Source: an uncultured Clostridia bacterium
GTDB lineage: Bacteria > Bacillota > Clostridia > TANB77 > CAG-508
NCBI GenBank assembly: GCA_947588635.1
Contig: CANPYN010000001.1
Coordinates: 447-64,446 of the forward strand
DNA length: 64,000 bases
Reading direction: 5' to 3'
Positions within the stretch are counted from its first letter, which is position 1. Every line of letters starts with the position of its first letter. The notes below the pieces were generated by a model. It did no database searches. It saw only the letters and a program-made list of their open reading frames with translations, and was not told the DNA's origin. The position numbers were made by a program, and so were the translations under genes. Shown in pieces: positions 44,076-54,241 of this stretch.

Positions 44076-44399
44076 ATGAAAAAGCACAGACCAATTAAGC
44101 ATGCTCATCGGAAGGCAATGATTGCCCAAAAAAAGGCAAAGGGCAAGTACTCACGCCCTCATTTACCAAAACCTTTAACTTGTCTCAATATCCATTGTTG
44201 TGAATGTTGGGCAGCAAAGTATTTTGGGAAAATAAAAAATTGTACTAAACCTTGGTATAATACTCCTTGGTACAAATCATTTACCAATCTCAATATCCAT
44301 TGTTGTGAATGTTGGGCAGCAAAGTATTTTGGGAAAATAAAAAATTGTACTAAACCTTGGTATAATACTCCTTGGTACAAATCATTTACCAAAGCTTGA
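44076..44399 (+). CDS. Hypothetical 107-aa protein with a basic N-terminus and two identical 35-aa Cys/Trp-rich repeats
   Basis: It has an extended -10 promoter TGTTATAAT, a GGAG RBS and a terminator at 44418-44456. The repeat unit is LNIHCCECWAAKYFGKIKNCTKPWYNTPWYKSFT. Confidence 0.6.
   Translation: MKKHRPIKHAHRKAMIAQKKAKGKYSRPHLPKPLTCLNIHCCECWAAKYFGKIKNCTKPWYNTPWYKSFTNLNIHCCECWAAKYFGKIKNCTKPWYNTPWYKSFTKA
44183..44392 (+). repeat. Perfect 2 x 105-bp tandem direct repeat inside the ORF
   Basis: Unit 44183-44287 is identical to 44288-44392. The microhomology CATTTACCAA occurs at both unit ends and once more just upstream at 44159-44170. Confidence 0.9.
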
Positions 44400-44417
44400 A
44401 GTGACTAAAGCATGCAA

Positions 44418-44456
44418 ATTGGGATAAGAAATTATGTTTCTTATCCCAATTTTTTA
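44418..44456. terminator. Bidirectional terminator (Cys-rich ORF and pheT)
   Basis: The stem is ATTGGGATAAGAA / TTCTTATCCCAAT, followed by a T-run. Confidence 0.7.
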
Positions 44457-46823
44457 TTTCCTGATTTCTGCACCTAATACTTTTTCTGCATCTGAAATTA
44501 CCTTGTTAAATATTCCAGTTACTTCATCATCTGTTAGAGTTTTTTTGCTATCACTAAATGTTAATGAATATGCTATTGATTTTTTATCAGCAGGAACATG
44601 TTCTCCCATATATAAGTCAAATACTTCTATATTTGTAAGTAACCCTCCTGCAGATTTTTTAATTTGTTTTTCTATTGTGCTTGAGTCTAAATTTCTATCT
44701 ACTATAAATGCAACATCTTTTTTAATGCTTGGGAATTTAGATATTTCTTTATATTTCATCTTTCCAACTCTTTTAGAAATTAATTTACTCAAATTAATTT
44801 CCATTGTATATACATCTTCTTTTGTCTCTTTTGGATGAACTTTTCCAATGATTCCTACAATGTCGTTATTTACGGAGATTAAAGCTGTTTGATATGGATG
44901 AAATTCTTTTGGAATTTCTTTATTGTTTATAAAACTATATCTTCCGTTATATCCTAAATAGTCTAGTAACTCTTCTGCTACTCCTTTTATCATATAAAAA
45001 TCTACATTTTTTGTATTTCCTATTCCCTCATAATACTTTCCAGACATAAGTACACATAGTTTTTCTTCTTCTATATACTCATTATTTACTTTTCCAAATC
45101 CTTTTCCTATTTCAAATATAGATATATCTTTATTGTTTCTATCTAAGTTGTATTCATATATTTTTAAAAGAGATGGAATCATGCTATATCTTAATGTGTT
45201 TCTGTCTTCTGTAAGTGGATCTAATAATTTTATTAGTTCAAAATTATCTGTTGTAAATTTTCTTGCTTCTTTGTCATTTATTAATATATATGACATTATT
45301 TCATTTAGACCAAGTCCTATCATTTTGTTTCTAATCTCTCTTGCTACTTTATCGTATTTACCATTTCTTGTTGGAAGTAAAGGAAGTTTTCCTTCTATAT
45401 TATCAACTCCGTAAATTCTTCCTACTTCTTCTATTAAGTCTTCTTTTATTGATATATCCATTCTTCTTGTAGGTACTGTAACAGTAATTACTCTTCCATT
45501 TACTGAATATTTAAACCCTAATTTTCTAAATACATTTAATGTTTCTTCATCTGGAACATTAATACCTAAAAGATTATTTATATCTTCAAATTTTATATCT
45601 ATTTTCTTTTCTTGTTTATCTGCTTTATCATAAACAACTGTACCTTTTGCAATTTTTGCATCTGCATATTTTTCAAGAAGTGTGCAGGCTCTTTCAATTG
45701 CCATATATGTTCTATTTGGATCTAATCCTTTTTCAAAACGATTACTTGCTTCACTTCTTACAATTTTCTTAGATGTACATCTTATTTTAACACCATCAAA
45801 TACTGCAGATTCAATTATGATATTTTTTGTATATTCTTCTACTTCTGTTGAAAGTCCTCCCATAACACCTGCAAGGCCTATTGCTTCTTTTCCATTTGTA
45901 ATAACTATATCTTCTTCTGACAATGTTCTTTCTATATTATCTAGAGTTGTTAGTTTTTCGTTATCTTTTGCCATTCTAACCAAAATTTTAGGTCCAAGTC
46001 TATCTGCATCATAGAAATGAAGTGGTTGACCTACTTCTAACATTACATAGTTACTAATATCTACTACATTGTTGATTGGTCTTATTCCACTTGCAATAAG
46101 TCTATTTTTTATAAATGCTGGACTTTCTTTAATCGTTACATTCAATGCTTTTTTTGCTAAGAATAAATTACAATTTTCTGTATCAACTTCTACTTTAAAA
46201 CTATCATTTATGTCTTCATCTATTTCATCATGTTTTAAATCTATTTCTTTAACAGGTTTATCATATATTGCTCCAAGTTCATATGCCATACCTAAAATGC
46301 TAAGCAAGTCACCTCTATTTGCGGTAAGTTCGAAGTCGGCTATTTCATCATCCATTTCCATAAATTTAATTGGGTCTTCACCTACTGGTGCATTTGCTGG
46401 AAGCTCATGTATTCCAGCTTTATCTTCCTCTTTTAAGAATTTAGATTCTAGCCCAAGTTCTGCAATAGAGCACATCATTCCATTTGATTCTTGACCTCTT
46501 ATATTTCCCTTTTTAATTGTAATACCTCCTGGAAGTTCAGCACCTACCTCAGCCACAATTACTTTTAATCCTTTTCTTACATTTGGTGCTCCACATACTA
46601 TATCTAAAACTTCTTTTCCAATATTTACTTTACATACATGAAGATGGTCTGAATCTGGATGCATTTCACATTCTAATACTTCTCCTATAATTAAATGAGA
46701 TGCATTAATTAGCTTTTCAGCTGTATCGTATTCATTTCCTACTCTTGTCATATCTTCTGCTAATTTTTTTATATCTACATCTATATCTACATAGTCTTTA
46801 ACAAAATTTTTACTTAATTTCAA
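44454..46823 (-). CDS. pheT: Phenylalanyl-tRNA synthetase beta subunit
   Basis: 789 aa with tRNA-binding, B3/4, B5 and FDX-ACB domains in the usual order. Confidence 0.95.
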   Translation of the reverse strand: MKLSKNFVKDYVDIDVDIKKLAEDMTRVGNEYDTAEKLINASHLIIGEVLECEMHPDSDHLHVCKVNIGKEVLDIVCGAPNVRKGLKVIVAEVGAELPGGITIKKGNIRGQESNGMMCSIAELGLESKFLKEEDKAGIHELPANAPVGEDPIKFMEMDDEIADFELTANRGDLLSILGMAYELGAIYDKPVKEIDLKHDEIDEDINDSFKVEVDTENCNLFLAKKALNVTIKESPAFIKNRLIASGIRPINNVVDISNYVMLEVGQPLHFYDADRLGPKILVRMAKDNEKLTTLDNIERTLSEEDIVITNGKEAIGLAGVMGGLSTEVEEYTKNIIIESAVFDGVKIRCTSKKIVRSEASNRFEKGLDPNRTYMAIERACTLLEKYADAKIAKGTVVYDKADKQEKKIDIKFEDINNLLGINVPDEETLNVFRKLGFKYSVNGRVITVTVPTRRMDISIKEDLIEEVGRIYGVDNIEGKLPLLPTRNGKYDKVAREIRNKMIGLGLNEIMSYILINDKEARKFTTDNFELIKLLDPLTEDRNTLRYSMIPSLLKIYEYNLDRNNKDISIFEIGKGFGKVNNEYIEEEKLCVLMSGKYYEGIGNTKNVDFYMIKGVAEELLDYLGYNGRYSFINNKEIPKEFHPYQTALISVNNDIVGIIGKVHPKETKEDVYTMEINLSKLISKRVGKMKYKEISKFPSIKKDVAFIVDRNLDSSTIEKQIKKSAGGLLTNIEVFDLYMGEHVPADKKSIAYSLTFSDSKKTLTDDEVTGIFNKVISDAEKVLGAEIRK

Positions 46824-47864
46824 TTAGTCCACATCCTTTCTATCGAATTGATTCAAAAATCTTACATCATTTGTATAGAAATATCTTATATCTGTAATTC
46901 CATATTTAAACATTGCAAGTCTATCAAGTCCTGTTCCAAATGCAAATCCTGTATATTTATCTGGATCGTATCCGTTCATTTTTAATACGTTCGGATGTAC
47001 CATACCTGAACCTAATATTTCTATCCAACCTGTTTGTTTACAAAGGTTACATCCTTTTCCACCACATTTAAAACAACTAACATCTACTTCATAACTTGGC
47101 TCTGTAAATGGGAAATAACTTGGTCTAAATCTTAATTTAGAATTTTCTCCAAGCATCTTCTTAACAAATACTTCTAATGTTCCTTTTAAATCGGCAAGAC
47201 TAATATTTTTATCTATTAAAAGTCCTTCCACTTGACCAAATTGATGTGAATGTGTTGCATCATCATCTCTTCTATATGTTTTACCTGGGCAAATTACTCT
47301 AATTGGGCCTTTTTCTTCATTATCCATCATTACTCTTGCTTGAACAGCTGATGTTTGAGTTCTTAACAAATGCTCTGGATCTACATAGAAACTATCTTGC
47401 ATATCTCTTGCTGGATGTCCTTTTGGAAGATTTAATCTTTCAAAGCAATATTCATCTGTTTCAAGTTCTGGTCCATTTACTACGTCATATCCCATTGATA
47501 CAAATATATCTTCTATTTCTTCTATTACCCTGTTTATTGGATGCTTACTTCCTCTTTTTATTCTTGTACTTGGAAGAGTAATATCAATTTTTTCTTTCTC
47601 TAATTTTTCATTTAAAGCTTGTTCTTTTAATGTTTCTTCTGCTTCTTTAATTTTACTCTCTAAAATATCTCTTACTTCATTAACTAATGCACCAATTACA
47701 GGTCTTTCCTCTGGAGTTAAATCTTTCATCCCTTTTAAAAGTCCTGTTAATTCACCTTTTTTACCCAAGTATTTAACTCTTACATCATTTAATTCTTGAA
47801 GAGTTTTGCAGTTTTGGATTTCTACAAATGCACTTTCTTTAATTTTAGCAATTTGCTCTTTCAT
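46824..47864 (-). CDS. pheS: Phenylalanyl-tRNA synthetase alpha subunit
   Basis: 346 aa with class II motifs ([22 protein letters not shown]). Confidence 0.95.
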   Translation of the reverse strand: MKEQIAKIKESAFVEIQNCKTLQELNDVRVKYLGKKGELTGLLKGMKDLTPEERPVIGALVNEVRDILESKIKEAEETLKEQALNEKLEKEKIDITLPSTRIKRGSKHPINRVIEEIEDIFVSMGYDVVNGPELETDEYCFERLNLPKGHPARDMQDSFYVDPEHLLRTQTSAVQARVMMDNEEKGPIRVICPGKTYRRDDDATHSHQFGQVEGLLIDKNISLADLKGTLEVFVKKMLGENSKLRFRPSYFPFTEPSYEVDVSCFKCGGKGCNLCKQTGWIEILGSGMVHPNVLKMNGYDPDKYTGFAFGTGLDRLAMFKYGITDIRYFYTNDVRFLNQFDRKDVD

Positions 47865-47965
47865 CTAATCATCCTTTCTTTACAATGTATAGGGATACAC
47901 CTTATTTAATGGCATTCCTCATAGATTAAGGTATATACCTACTGTGGGTGAAAAAGGAATCCATC

Positions 47966-48230
47966 CCCTTTTTTACCCATTTAATCCAAAAACTCGCCCT
48001 GTAAATAGGGCGAGCTTTTTCTCACGGTACCACCTAAATTTATTAATTAAAATAATTAACCTCTTTTGCTATTAACGCTAGCAAACGCTCGTGCCTACTA
48101 TTATTTCAGCATAAGACCTAAAAAGTGAAATTTCAGATGAACTAGTATTAAATAGGTTCTCAGCCTATGACCTATTCTCTCTTAAATACACATTGCTCAT
48201 CTTACTTTGCTTTTTCAAACGGTTTTATTT
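47966..48230 (-). promoter_or_regulatory. T-box leader (Phe specifier UUC) of pheST
   Basis: On the minus strand I see an AGAGA box, UUCA in the specifier region, the T-box sequence AATTTAGGTGGTACCGTGAG (plus-strand 48021-48040), and the terminator GCTCGCCCTATTTACAGGGCGAGTTTTT (47985-48020). Confidence 0.85.
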
Positions 48231-48352
48231 TCAAAATCTGCTTAATATACTATCATATTTTTTAAATTTATACAATAGTTTTTATTGTTTTTACTTAGAT
48301 TTTTTATTGAATATTGTTTGACAAATATAAATAATAATGCTATACTAATTAT

Positions 48353-48420
48353 AGCTTAATTGATTATATCCTGTCAATGGAGCGACACTAGATATGTGGG
48401 GAGAAACACATATCTTTTTT
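48353..48420 (+). ncRNA. Candidate ~70-nt sRNA
   Basis: It has the promoter TTGACA-17-TATACT (48318-48346) and the terminator GATATGTG-GGGAGAAA-CACATATC plus T6 (48391-48420). No downstream ORF follows. It converges tail-to-tail on the 31-aa peptide gene. Confidence 0.4.
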
Positions 48421-48462
48421 ATATAAAAAACAGAGCAGGGAGAACTGCTCTGAACTGATAAA

Positions 48463-48558
48463 TCAGTTTTTATTTGTGCTCTTTTTATATGTATTCAATT
48501 CTTCTTCCAATTTTTCAATTTTCTGAAGTAGAATCCATATAAGCATATATCCCGTCAT
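48463..48558 (-). CDS. 31-aa peptide (not in the ORF track)
   Basis: The peptide is MTGYMLIWILLQKIEKLEEELNTYKKSTNKN behind GAAAGGAGG. The promoter is TTGTAA-17-TATAAT. A 5' UTR hairpin CCTTTTCATAAAG / CTTTATGAAAGG sequesters the SD. The terminator lies at 48425-48452. Confidence 0.4.
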   Translation of the reverse strand: MTGYMLIWILLQKIEKLEEELNTYKKSTNKN

Positions 48559-48691
48559 GCTGTACGACACCTCCTTTCATAAAGATTTTCCTTTATGAAA
48601 AGGATGTTTTTATTATACTTTAATTTCCAAGAATTTACAATAATTTTTAAGAATATTTTACAATTTTTTACAAAAGATTTAAACAATAATA

Positions 48692-49102
48692 TTATTCTTC
48701 ATCTATTGTATCTTCTGTTATTGCATCTTCTGTATTTTCTTTTAATAAATCTCTTATTTCTTCTAATAATACTACATCTGCTGGTTTTGTAGGTGTTTCT
48801 TCTTTTTGTTCTTCCTTGTGTGTTATTTTATTAACTATTTTTACTAATATAAATATGCAAAATGCTACTATTAAGAAATCAATTACATTTTGTATAAAAT
48901 TACCATATGTTATTTTAGCTTCACCTATTGTAAAACTTAAACCTGTAAAATCAATTCCTCCAATCATAACACCTATTAAAGGCATTAATATGTCGTTTAC
49001 TATTGAAGTTACTATTTTTCCAAATGCTCCACCTATAATTACACCTACTGCTAAATCTACTACATTTCCTCTTGCTATAAATTTTTTAAATTCTTTTATC
49101 AT
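48692..49102 (-). CDS. mscL: Large-conductance mechanosensitive channel
   Basis: 136 aa. [24 protein letters not shown] is typical of MscL. Confidence 0.93.
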   Translation of the reverse strand: MIKEFKKFIARGNVVDLAVGVIIGGAFGKIVTSIVNDILMPLIGVMIGGIDFTGLSFTIGEAKITYGNFIQNVIDFLIVAFCIFILVKIVNKITHKEEQKEETPTKPADVVLLEEIRDLLKENTEDAITEDTIDEE

Positions 49103-49285
49103 ATTTATTACTCCTTTTTATAATTTATTATTTGTACTCTATAAAATAGTTTAATATAATTTTTTCAAGACGTCCTTCTTAACAAAAATTATTACTTCAT
49201 AATAATTTTAGATTCGAAACTACTATCTCAAAATTATATTTAAACTATTTTACTAATCAAATTAGCTTAAAATTAACTGCACAAA

Positions 49286-49862
49286 TTACAATTTATTTAA
49301 TATTTCTTCTAATTTTTCTATATCTAATCCTACAACAGAATTATATGAGCCTTCAATTTTTTCTATAAATTTACTTCCTATGCCCTGAACTGCGTAGCTT
49401 CCTGCTTTATCCATAGGCTCACCAGTTTCAACATATTCTTCTATTTTTTCATCTGTCATTTTTTTCATATAAACATCCGTTTTTGTAAAATCAACGTGTT
49501 CTATAATTTTTTCATTTTTCTTTGATATAACTGCTAACCCTGAATATACATAGTTTATATTCCCCTGTAACATTTTCAAAGTTCTAAATGCATCTTCTTT
49601 ATCTTTTGGTTTTCCTAAAATTTTATTATCAAAATATACTACCGTGTCTCCACCAATTACTATTAATTCTTTATATTGATTTTGAAATCTTTCAAAAACT
49701 TCTTTTGCTTTATGTATTGATAATTCTAATACAAGTTTTTCTGGATTATCTTCTGATATTGTACTTTCATCAAAATTGCTTACTACTACTTCAAAATCAT
49801 CAACAATTCTTCCGTAACAATTCTTTTCTTCTTGGTGAATTTGATGCTAAGATTATTTTCAT
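49286..49862 (-). CDS. maf: Maf-like nucleoside triphosphate pyrophosphatase; needs a +1 shift at CGG
   Basis: The start MKIILASNSPRRKELL overlaps the rpiB stop (ATGA). At CGG (plus-strand CCG at 49812-49814) the shift gives -G-RIVDDFEVVVSNFDES... and continues into the track ORF 49286-49579. The product is 191 aa. Confidence 0.85.
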
Positions 49863-50305
49863 TTCATATTCTCTCTTTCTATTTCTGCAACTAAATCCAA
49901 TCTTTCCTGATGTCTTCCACCTTCAAATTCTGTGCTAAGCCATGTATCTAATATTTCTTTTGCTTCTTCTACTGTTACATAATCTGCTCCAAGTGATAAT
50001 ATATTTGTGTCATTATGAAGTCTTGAAAACTGTGCAGCCCTAGTACAAAAGCACGGTGCACTTCTAACCCCCTTAAATTTATTTGCAACCATTGCCATAC
50101 CATAGCCTGATCTACAAATCAAAATTCCTTTTTCGCATTCTTTTGTTTGAACAGATTTTGCAACTTCTTTTGCAACTATTGGATAATCTACTCTGTCTGT
50201 TGAATAAGCACCATAATCCTTATATTCTAGTCCTTTTTCTTCTAGATGTTTTTTTAGTTCTTCTTTAAGTTCATATCCTCCATGATCGCTTCCTATTGCT
50301 ATCAT
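49859..50305 (-). CDS. rpiB: Ribose-5-phosphate isomerase B
   Basis: 148 aa. MIAIGSDHGGYELKE is typical of RpiB/LacAB. Confidence 0.92.
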   Translation of the reverse strand: MIAIGSDHGGYELKEELKKHLEEKGLEYKDYGAYSTDRVDYPIVAKEVAKSVQTKECEKGILICRSGYGMAMVANKFKGVRSAPCFCTRAAQFSRLHNDTNILSLGADYVTVEEAKEILDTWLSTEFEGGRHQERLDLVAEIERENMK

Positions 50306-50448
50306 AATATATCCTCCTATTTCTCATATTTTCATTTTTATATTAACATATCATTTAATACAATACAATAATAAAAAAGAAAATGATACTTATTTTCTCA
50401 TTTTCTTTTTATAAAGTTCAATTAATTTAATTCTTATTATAATATTTA

Positions 50449-52452
50449 TTATACATGTAATAAATATCTTTCTTTTATTATGCTACAAATAATCTCTGCT
50501 GTCTTTTCTACTCCATATAAATCACTATTTATGCATAAATCATAATTTGTTATATCTTTCCATTCTTTACCTACATAATGCTTACAATAATTCTCTCTTA
50601 GTTTATCTATCCTTTTTATTTCCTTCTCTGCTTTTTTTATATCTAATCCATAATATTTATTTGCTCTATTTATCTTGCTATCCATATCACTATAAATAAA
50701 TATTTTTAATACATCTTTATTTTCTTTTAGTATAAAATTTGCACATCTTCCAACTATAACACAAGATTCTTTATTTGCAATTTCTTTTATTAATTCGGAT
50801 TCTTTTATAAATAATTCATCTACATTACTCAATCCATTATAATAACCATTATTTAGATTTGCTAAATTTTTTCTTGATTGCTCATTTTCCTTAATATAAT
50901 CTTCAGATAATCCTGTTTCCTCTGATATCTTGGTAATAAAATTCTTGTCGTATAATTTAATTCCTAGCTTTTCTGCAATTAATTTTCCAATATATCTGCC
51001 ACCTGAGCCATACTCTCTTGCAAGTGTTATTACTATATGTTTTTCTATCTCTTTTGTTGATTCTACTTCTTTTACTTCTATATTTTTACTTGATTTCTGT
51101 TTTGATAAATTTTTTACTTCTATTATCAATAAAATAGTTGATACAATAAATGCCAATCCATCAGCTACAGCTCCAGAATACAATACACCCTTTATTCCAA
51201 ATATAGTTCCTAATAATACCATTGCCGGTATTAAAAATAAAATTTGTCTTGATAAAGAAACTCCTGCACTTTTTATACTTTTTCCTATAGCTTGGAAGAA
51301 TATTCCTGTTGGTATTTGTATTCCATTACATATACATAGCATTAGATATGTTCTAAATGCTAAACAAGCAAAATCCATGTATTTTTCATCACCGCTACCA
51401 AATATAGATATTAATTTATCCGGTATTGTCTGGAATAAAATAAATGCAAATGTACTTATAGCAACACTTAAATATAAAACTAATTTTAATGTTTGTTTTA
51501 CTCTATCAAATTTTTTAGCACCATAGTTATATCCAAGTATTGGTTGTGCACCTACTGCTATACCAATTATTATACTATTCAAAATCTGACTAATCTTCAT
51601 CACTATTCCTAATACTGTAATAGGTATTTCCGCTCCATACTCAGATAATTCTCCGTACTTAGATAATAAATTGTTTTCAAATGCTATTACCAATACAAAA
51701 CTCATTTGAGTAATAAAACTACTAATTCCAAGTGTGGAAACTTTTTTTGAAACATTTAATTTTAATATAAATTTATCTTTTGATAATCTAATTGATTTGA
51801 ATTTTTTAATATATATTATATTAATTAAAAATGTTACAAATTGACTTATAACTGTTGCAATAGCAGCTCCTTGTACACCTGTTTTTAATACAAAAATAAA
51901 TATAGGGTCTAATATTATATTTAAAACAGCTCCTGTAACCATTGAAGTCATTGCGTATTTTGGACTTCCATCAGCTCTAATAATAGAATTTAATGTAGTT
52001 CCTATTATTACAAATGGTAATCCTATTGCTATTATATAACCATAATTTAGAGCAAATGGTTTTAAAATATCTGTACATCCAAATAAATTTAATAATTGTG
52101 GTAAAAATACTAGACTTATTACACAAATAATTACAGAAAATAAAGCTGATAATGATATACTATTTCCAACACCCTTTTCTGCTTCTTCTTTCTTTTTTTC
52201 TCCTAATTTTAAACTTAAATATGCTGCTCCTCCATCTCCAAACATTAATGCAAATGCTAAACTTATTACTGTTATAGGAAACACTACATTTGTTGCACCA
52301 TTTCCTAAATAACCTACACCTCTTCCTATAAATATCTGGTCTACTATGTTATATAATGAATTTACTAACAAAGATATTATACATGGTATAGAAAATTTTC
52401 TAATTAATTTTCCTATTTTTTCTTTTCCTAAAATATTTTCTTCTTTTTCCAT
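50449..52452 (-). CDS. MATE efflux transporter fused to a C-terminal cytidylate-kinase-like P-loop domain
   Basis: About 450 aa form a 12-TM MATE core. About 200 aa of cytoplasmic domain follow (HIVITLAREYGSGGRYIGKLIAEKLG) with no intervening start or stop. The start is set at the ATG at 52452 behind AAAGGAGG. Confidence 0.75.
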   Translation of the reverse strand: MEKEENILGKEKIGKLIRKFSIPCIISLLVNSLYNIVDQIFIGRGVGYLGNGATNVVFPITVISLAFALMFGDGGAAYLSLKLGEKKKEEAEKGVGNSISLSALFSVIICVISLVFLPQLLNLFGCTDILKPFALNYGYIIAIGLPFVIIGTTLNSIIRADGSPKYAMTSMVTGAVLNIILDPIFIFVLKTGVQGAAIATVISQFVTFLINIIYIKKFKSIRLSKDKFILKLNVSKKVSTLGISSFITQMSFVLVIAFENNLLSKYGELSEYGAEIPITVLGIVMKISQILNSIIIGIAVGAQPILGYNYGAKKFDRVKQTLKLVLYLSVAISTFAFILFQTIPDKLISIFGSGDEKYMDFACLAFRTYLMLCICNGIQIPTGIFFQAIGKSIKSAGVSLSRQILFLIPAMVLLGTIFGIKGVLYSGAVADGLAFIVSTILLIIEVKNLSKQKSSKNIEVKEVESTKEIEKHIVITLAREYGSGGRYIGKLIAEKLGIKLYDKNFITKISEETGLSEDYIKENEQSRKNLANLNNGYYNGLSNVDELFIKESELIKEIANKESCVIVGRCANFILKENKDVLKIFIYSDMDSKINRANKYYGLDIKKAEKEIKRIDKLRENYCKHYVGKEWKDITNYDLCINSDLYGVEKTAEIICSIIKERYLLHV

Positions 52453-52553
52453 CTGTTCCTCCTTTTTGCAATCAAAAAACAACACACAATTATGTGCTGT
52501 TTTTTTCTTATTTAATAATTATATCATATTTTTTGGTAAATTAAAAGTTTAAA

Positions 52554-53783
52554 TTAATTTGTTATTTTAGATACATAATAATTCTTTTTTCCTCTTTTTA
52601 TTATTAAATAAGTATTATTTATAACATAAGTGTTGTCAATTATCCTATCTAAATCACTAACTTTTTCACCTTTTATTTCTATACTATTATTTGAAATAAA
52701 TTCTCTTGCTTGTCTTTTACTTTGTGCAACACCCATATCAACTAACACATCTACTATATTTTTATTTATCTCTATATTTTTTATTTCATTTCCCTTAAAT
52801 GCCTCTTCTAATTCTTCATTTGATAATTCACTAAAATTACCTTTAAACAAAGCTTCACTAATTCTAATTGCTTTTTCGTATTCTTCTTTTCCATGTAAGT
52901 CTGTTATAATTTCTCTTGCAAGTATTTTATGTGCTTCCCTTAATTCTGGTCTTTCATTATGTACTTTTTCTATTTCTTCTATTTCTTCTTTACTTAAAAA
53001 AGTTAATTTCTTTAGGTAGCTTATTATCATTGAATCTTCAAGGTTTATTAAATACTGATATAGTTCATAACTTGATGTTTTATTTTTATCAAGCCATAAT
53101 GCATTTCCTTCTGTTTTTCCGAATTTAACTCCATTAGAATCTGTAACAAGTGGCATAACCATTCCATAGGCAGTTTTATCTGTTTTTCTTCTAATTAATT
53201 CTATTCCAGATGTTATATTGCCCCATTGATCTGATCCTGCAACTTGAAGTTCGCATCCTTTTGTTTCATATAGATGTAAAAAGTCTAATGCTTGTAAAAT
53301 CATATATGAAAATTCTGCATAAGTAATTCCCGTTTCCATCCTTGATTTTACTTTGTCTTTTGCTAGCATATATCCTATATTAAAATATTTTCCATAATCT
53401 CTTAAAAAATCTATAATATTTATATCTTTTATCCAATCATAATTATTAACTACCTCAAATCCAAATATTTCTTTTGCTTGCTTAGTTAATCCCTCGATAT
53501 TATGCTCGACCTCTTCTTTGGTAATCATTGGTCTTTCGGCAGTAGGTTTAGGGTCTCCTATTAAACCTGTTGCTCCACCTACTAGTAAAATAGGTTTATG
53601 TCCATATTTCGCTAACCTTTTTGATATTAAAAATGACGAATAATGTCCTATATGCATACTATCTGCCGTTGGATCTGTTCCTATATAAAAAGTTAATTTT
53701 TCATTATTTAATTTATTAATTAATTCTTCATCACTTATATCTTGTATTAATCCTCTCCATTTTAAATCTTCATATAGATCCAT
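52554..53783 (-). CDS. tyrS: Tyrosyl-tRNA synthetase
   Basis: 409 aa with HIGH (MHIGH), KFGKT and a C-terminal S4 domain. Confidence 0.95.
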   Translation of the reverse strand: MDLYEDLKWRGLIQDISDEELINKLNNEKLTFYIGTDPTADSMHIGHYSSFLISKRLAKYGHKPILLVGGATGLIGDPKPTAERPMITKEEVEHNIEGLTKQAKEIFGFEVVNNYDWIKDINIIDFLRDYGKYFNIGYMLAKDKVKSRMETGITYAEFSYMILQALDFLHLYETKGCELQVAGSDQWGNITSGIELIRRKTDKTAYGMVMPLVTDSNGVKFGKTEGNALWLDKNKTSSYELYQYLINLEDSMIISYLKKLTFLSKEEIEEIEKVHNERPELREAHKILAREIITDLHGKEEYEKAIRISEALFKGNFSELSNEELEEAFKGNEIKNIEINKNIVDVLVDMGVAQSKRQAREFISNNSIEIKGEKVSDLDRIIDNTYVINNTYLIIKRGKKNYYVSKITN

Positions 53784-53794
53784 TTAATTTCCCC

Positions 53795-54030
53795 CTTAAA
53801 ATCTAAAAACCAATTCATCCTATTTAAAGGACGAATTGGATATACTCGTGGTACCACCTTTATTTACAATATTTTATATTGCCTCATTTATGGCTTATTC
53901 GTAGCCACACGTTAGTTACTATAAGAATTGTAATTCAAATTTTATATACTGATAGTTTACACCACCCACTACCTCTCTTAAAGTTACTATAAAACTCTAC
54001 TTGGTTTCTTTTTAAAACATAACTAAGATT
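53795..54030 (-). promoter_or_regulatory. T-box leader (Tyr specifier UAC) of tyrS
   Basis: On the minus strand I see an AGAGAGG box, GAATTACAATTC with UAC-A, the T-box sequence AAAGGTGGTACCACGAG, and the terminator CCAATTCGTCC...GGATGAATTGGTTTTT. Confidence 0.85.
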
Positions 54031-54087
54031 AACTTGAAATTATTCTACCACTTTGTTTTATTATTGTCAAACAAATTCCGTTATTTT

Positions 54088-54222
54088 CTACTCCAAAATC
54101 ATTTCTGCACAATCCCATTTTTCATCATGGAATTGATATGCCTCCTTTTCTATCATAGTTACTTTAAATTCTACTGATTCATAACATTTAAAAACACTTT
54201 TATTACACGTAAAAACTCCTAA
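54088..54222 (-). pseudogene. 3' remnant of a GNAT acetyltransferase gene
   Basis: Only a C-terminal frame survives (...NKSVFKCYESVEFKVTMIEKEAYQFHDEKWDCAEMILE*). It carries the GNAT N..a..Y...GF motif but has no N-terminal part or start. Confidence 0.5.
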
Positions 54223-54241
54223 GGTGATTTTTCATTTTTAT

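Noticed and set aside
44159-44392. The 77-aa minus-strand ORF with an internal repeat.
   Set aside because: It is the mirror image of the 105-bp tandem repeat inside the well-signalled plus-strand gene. It has no RBS or promoter of its own.
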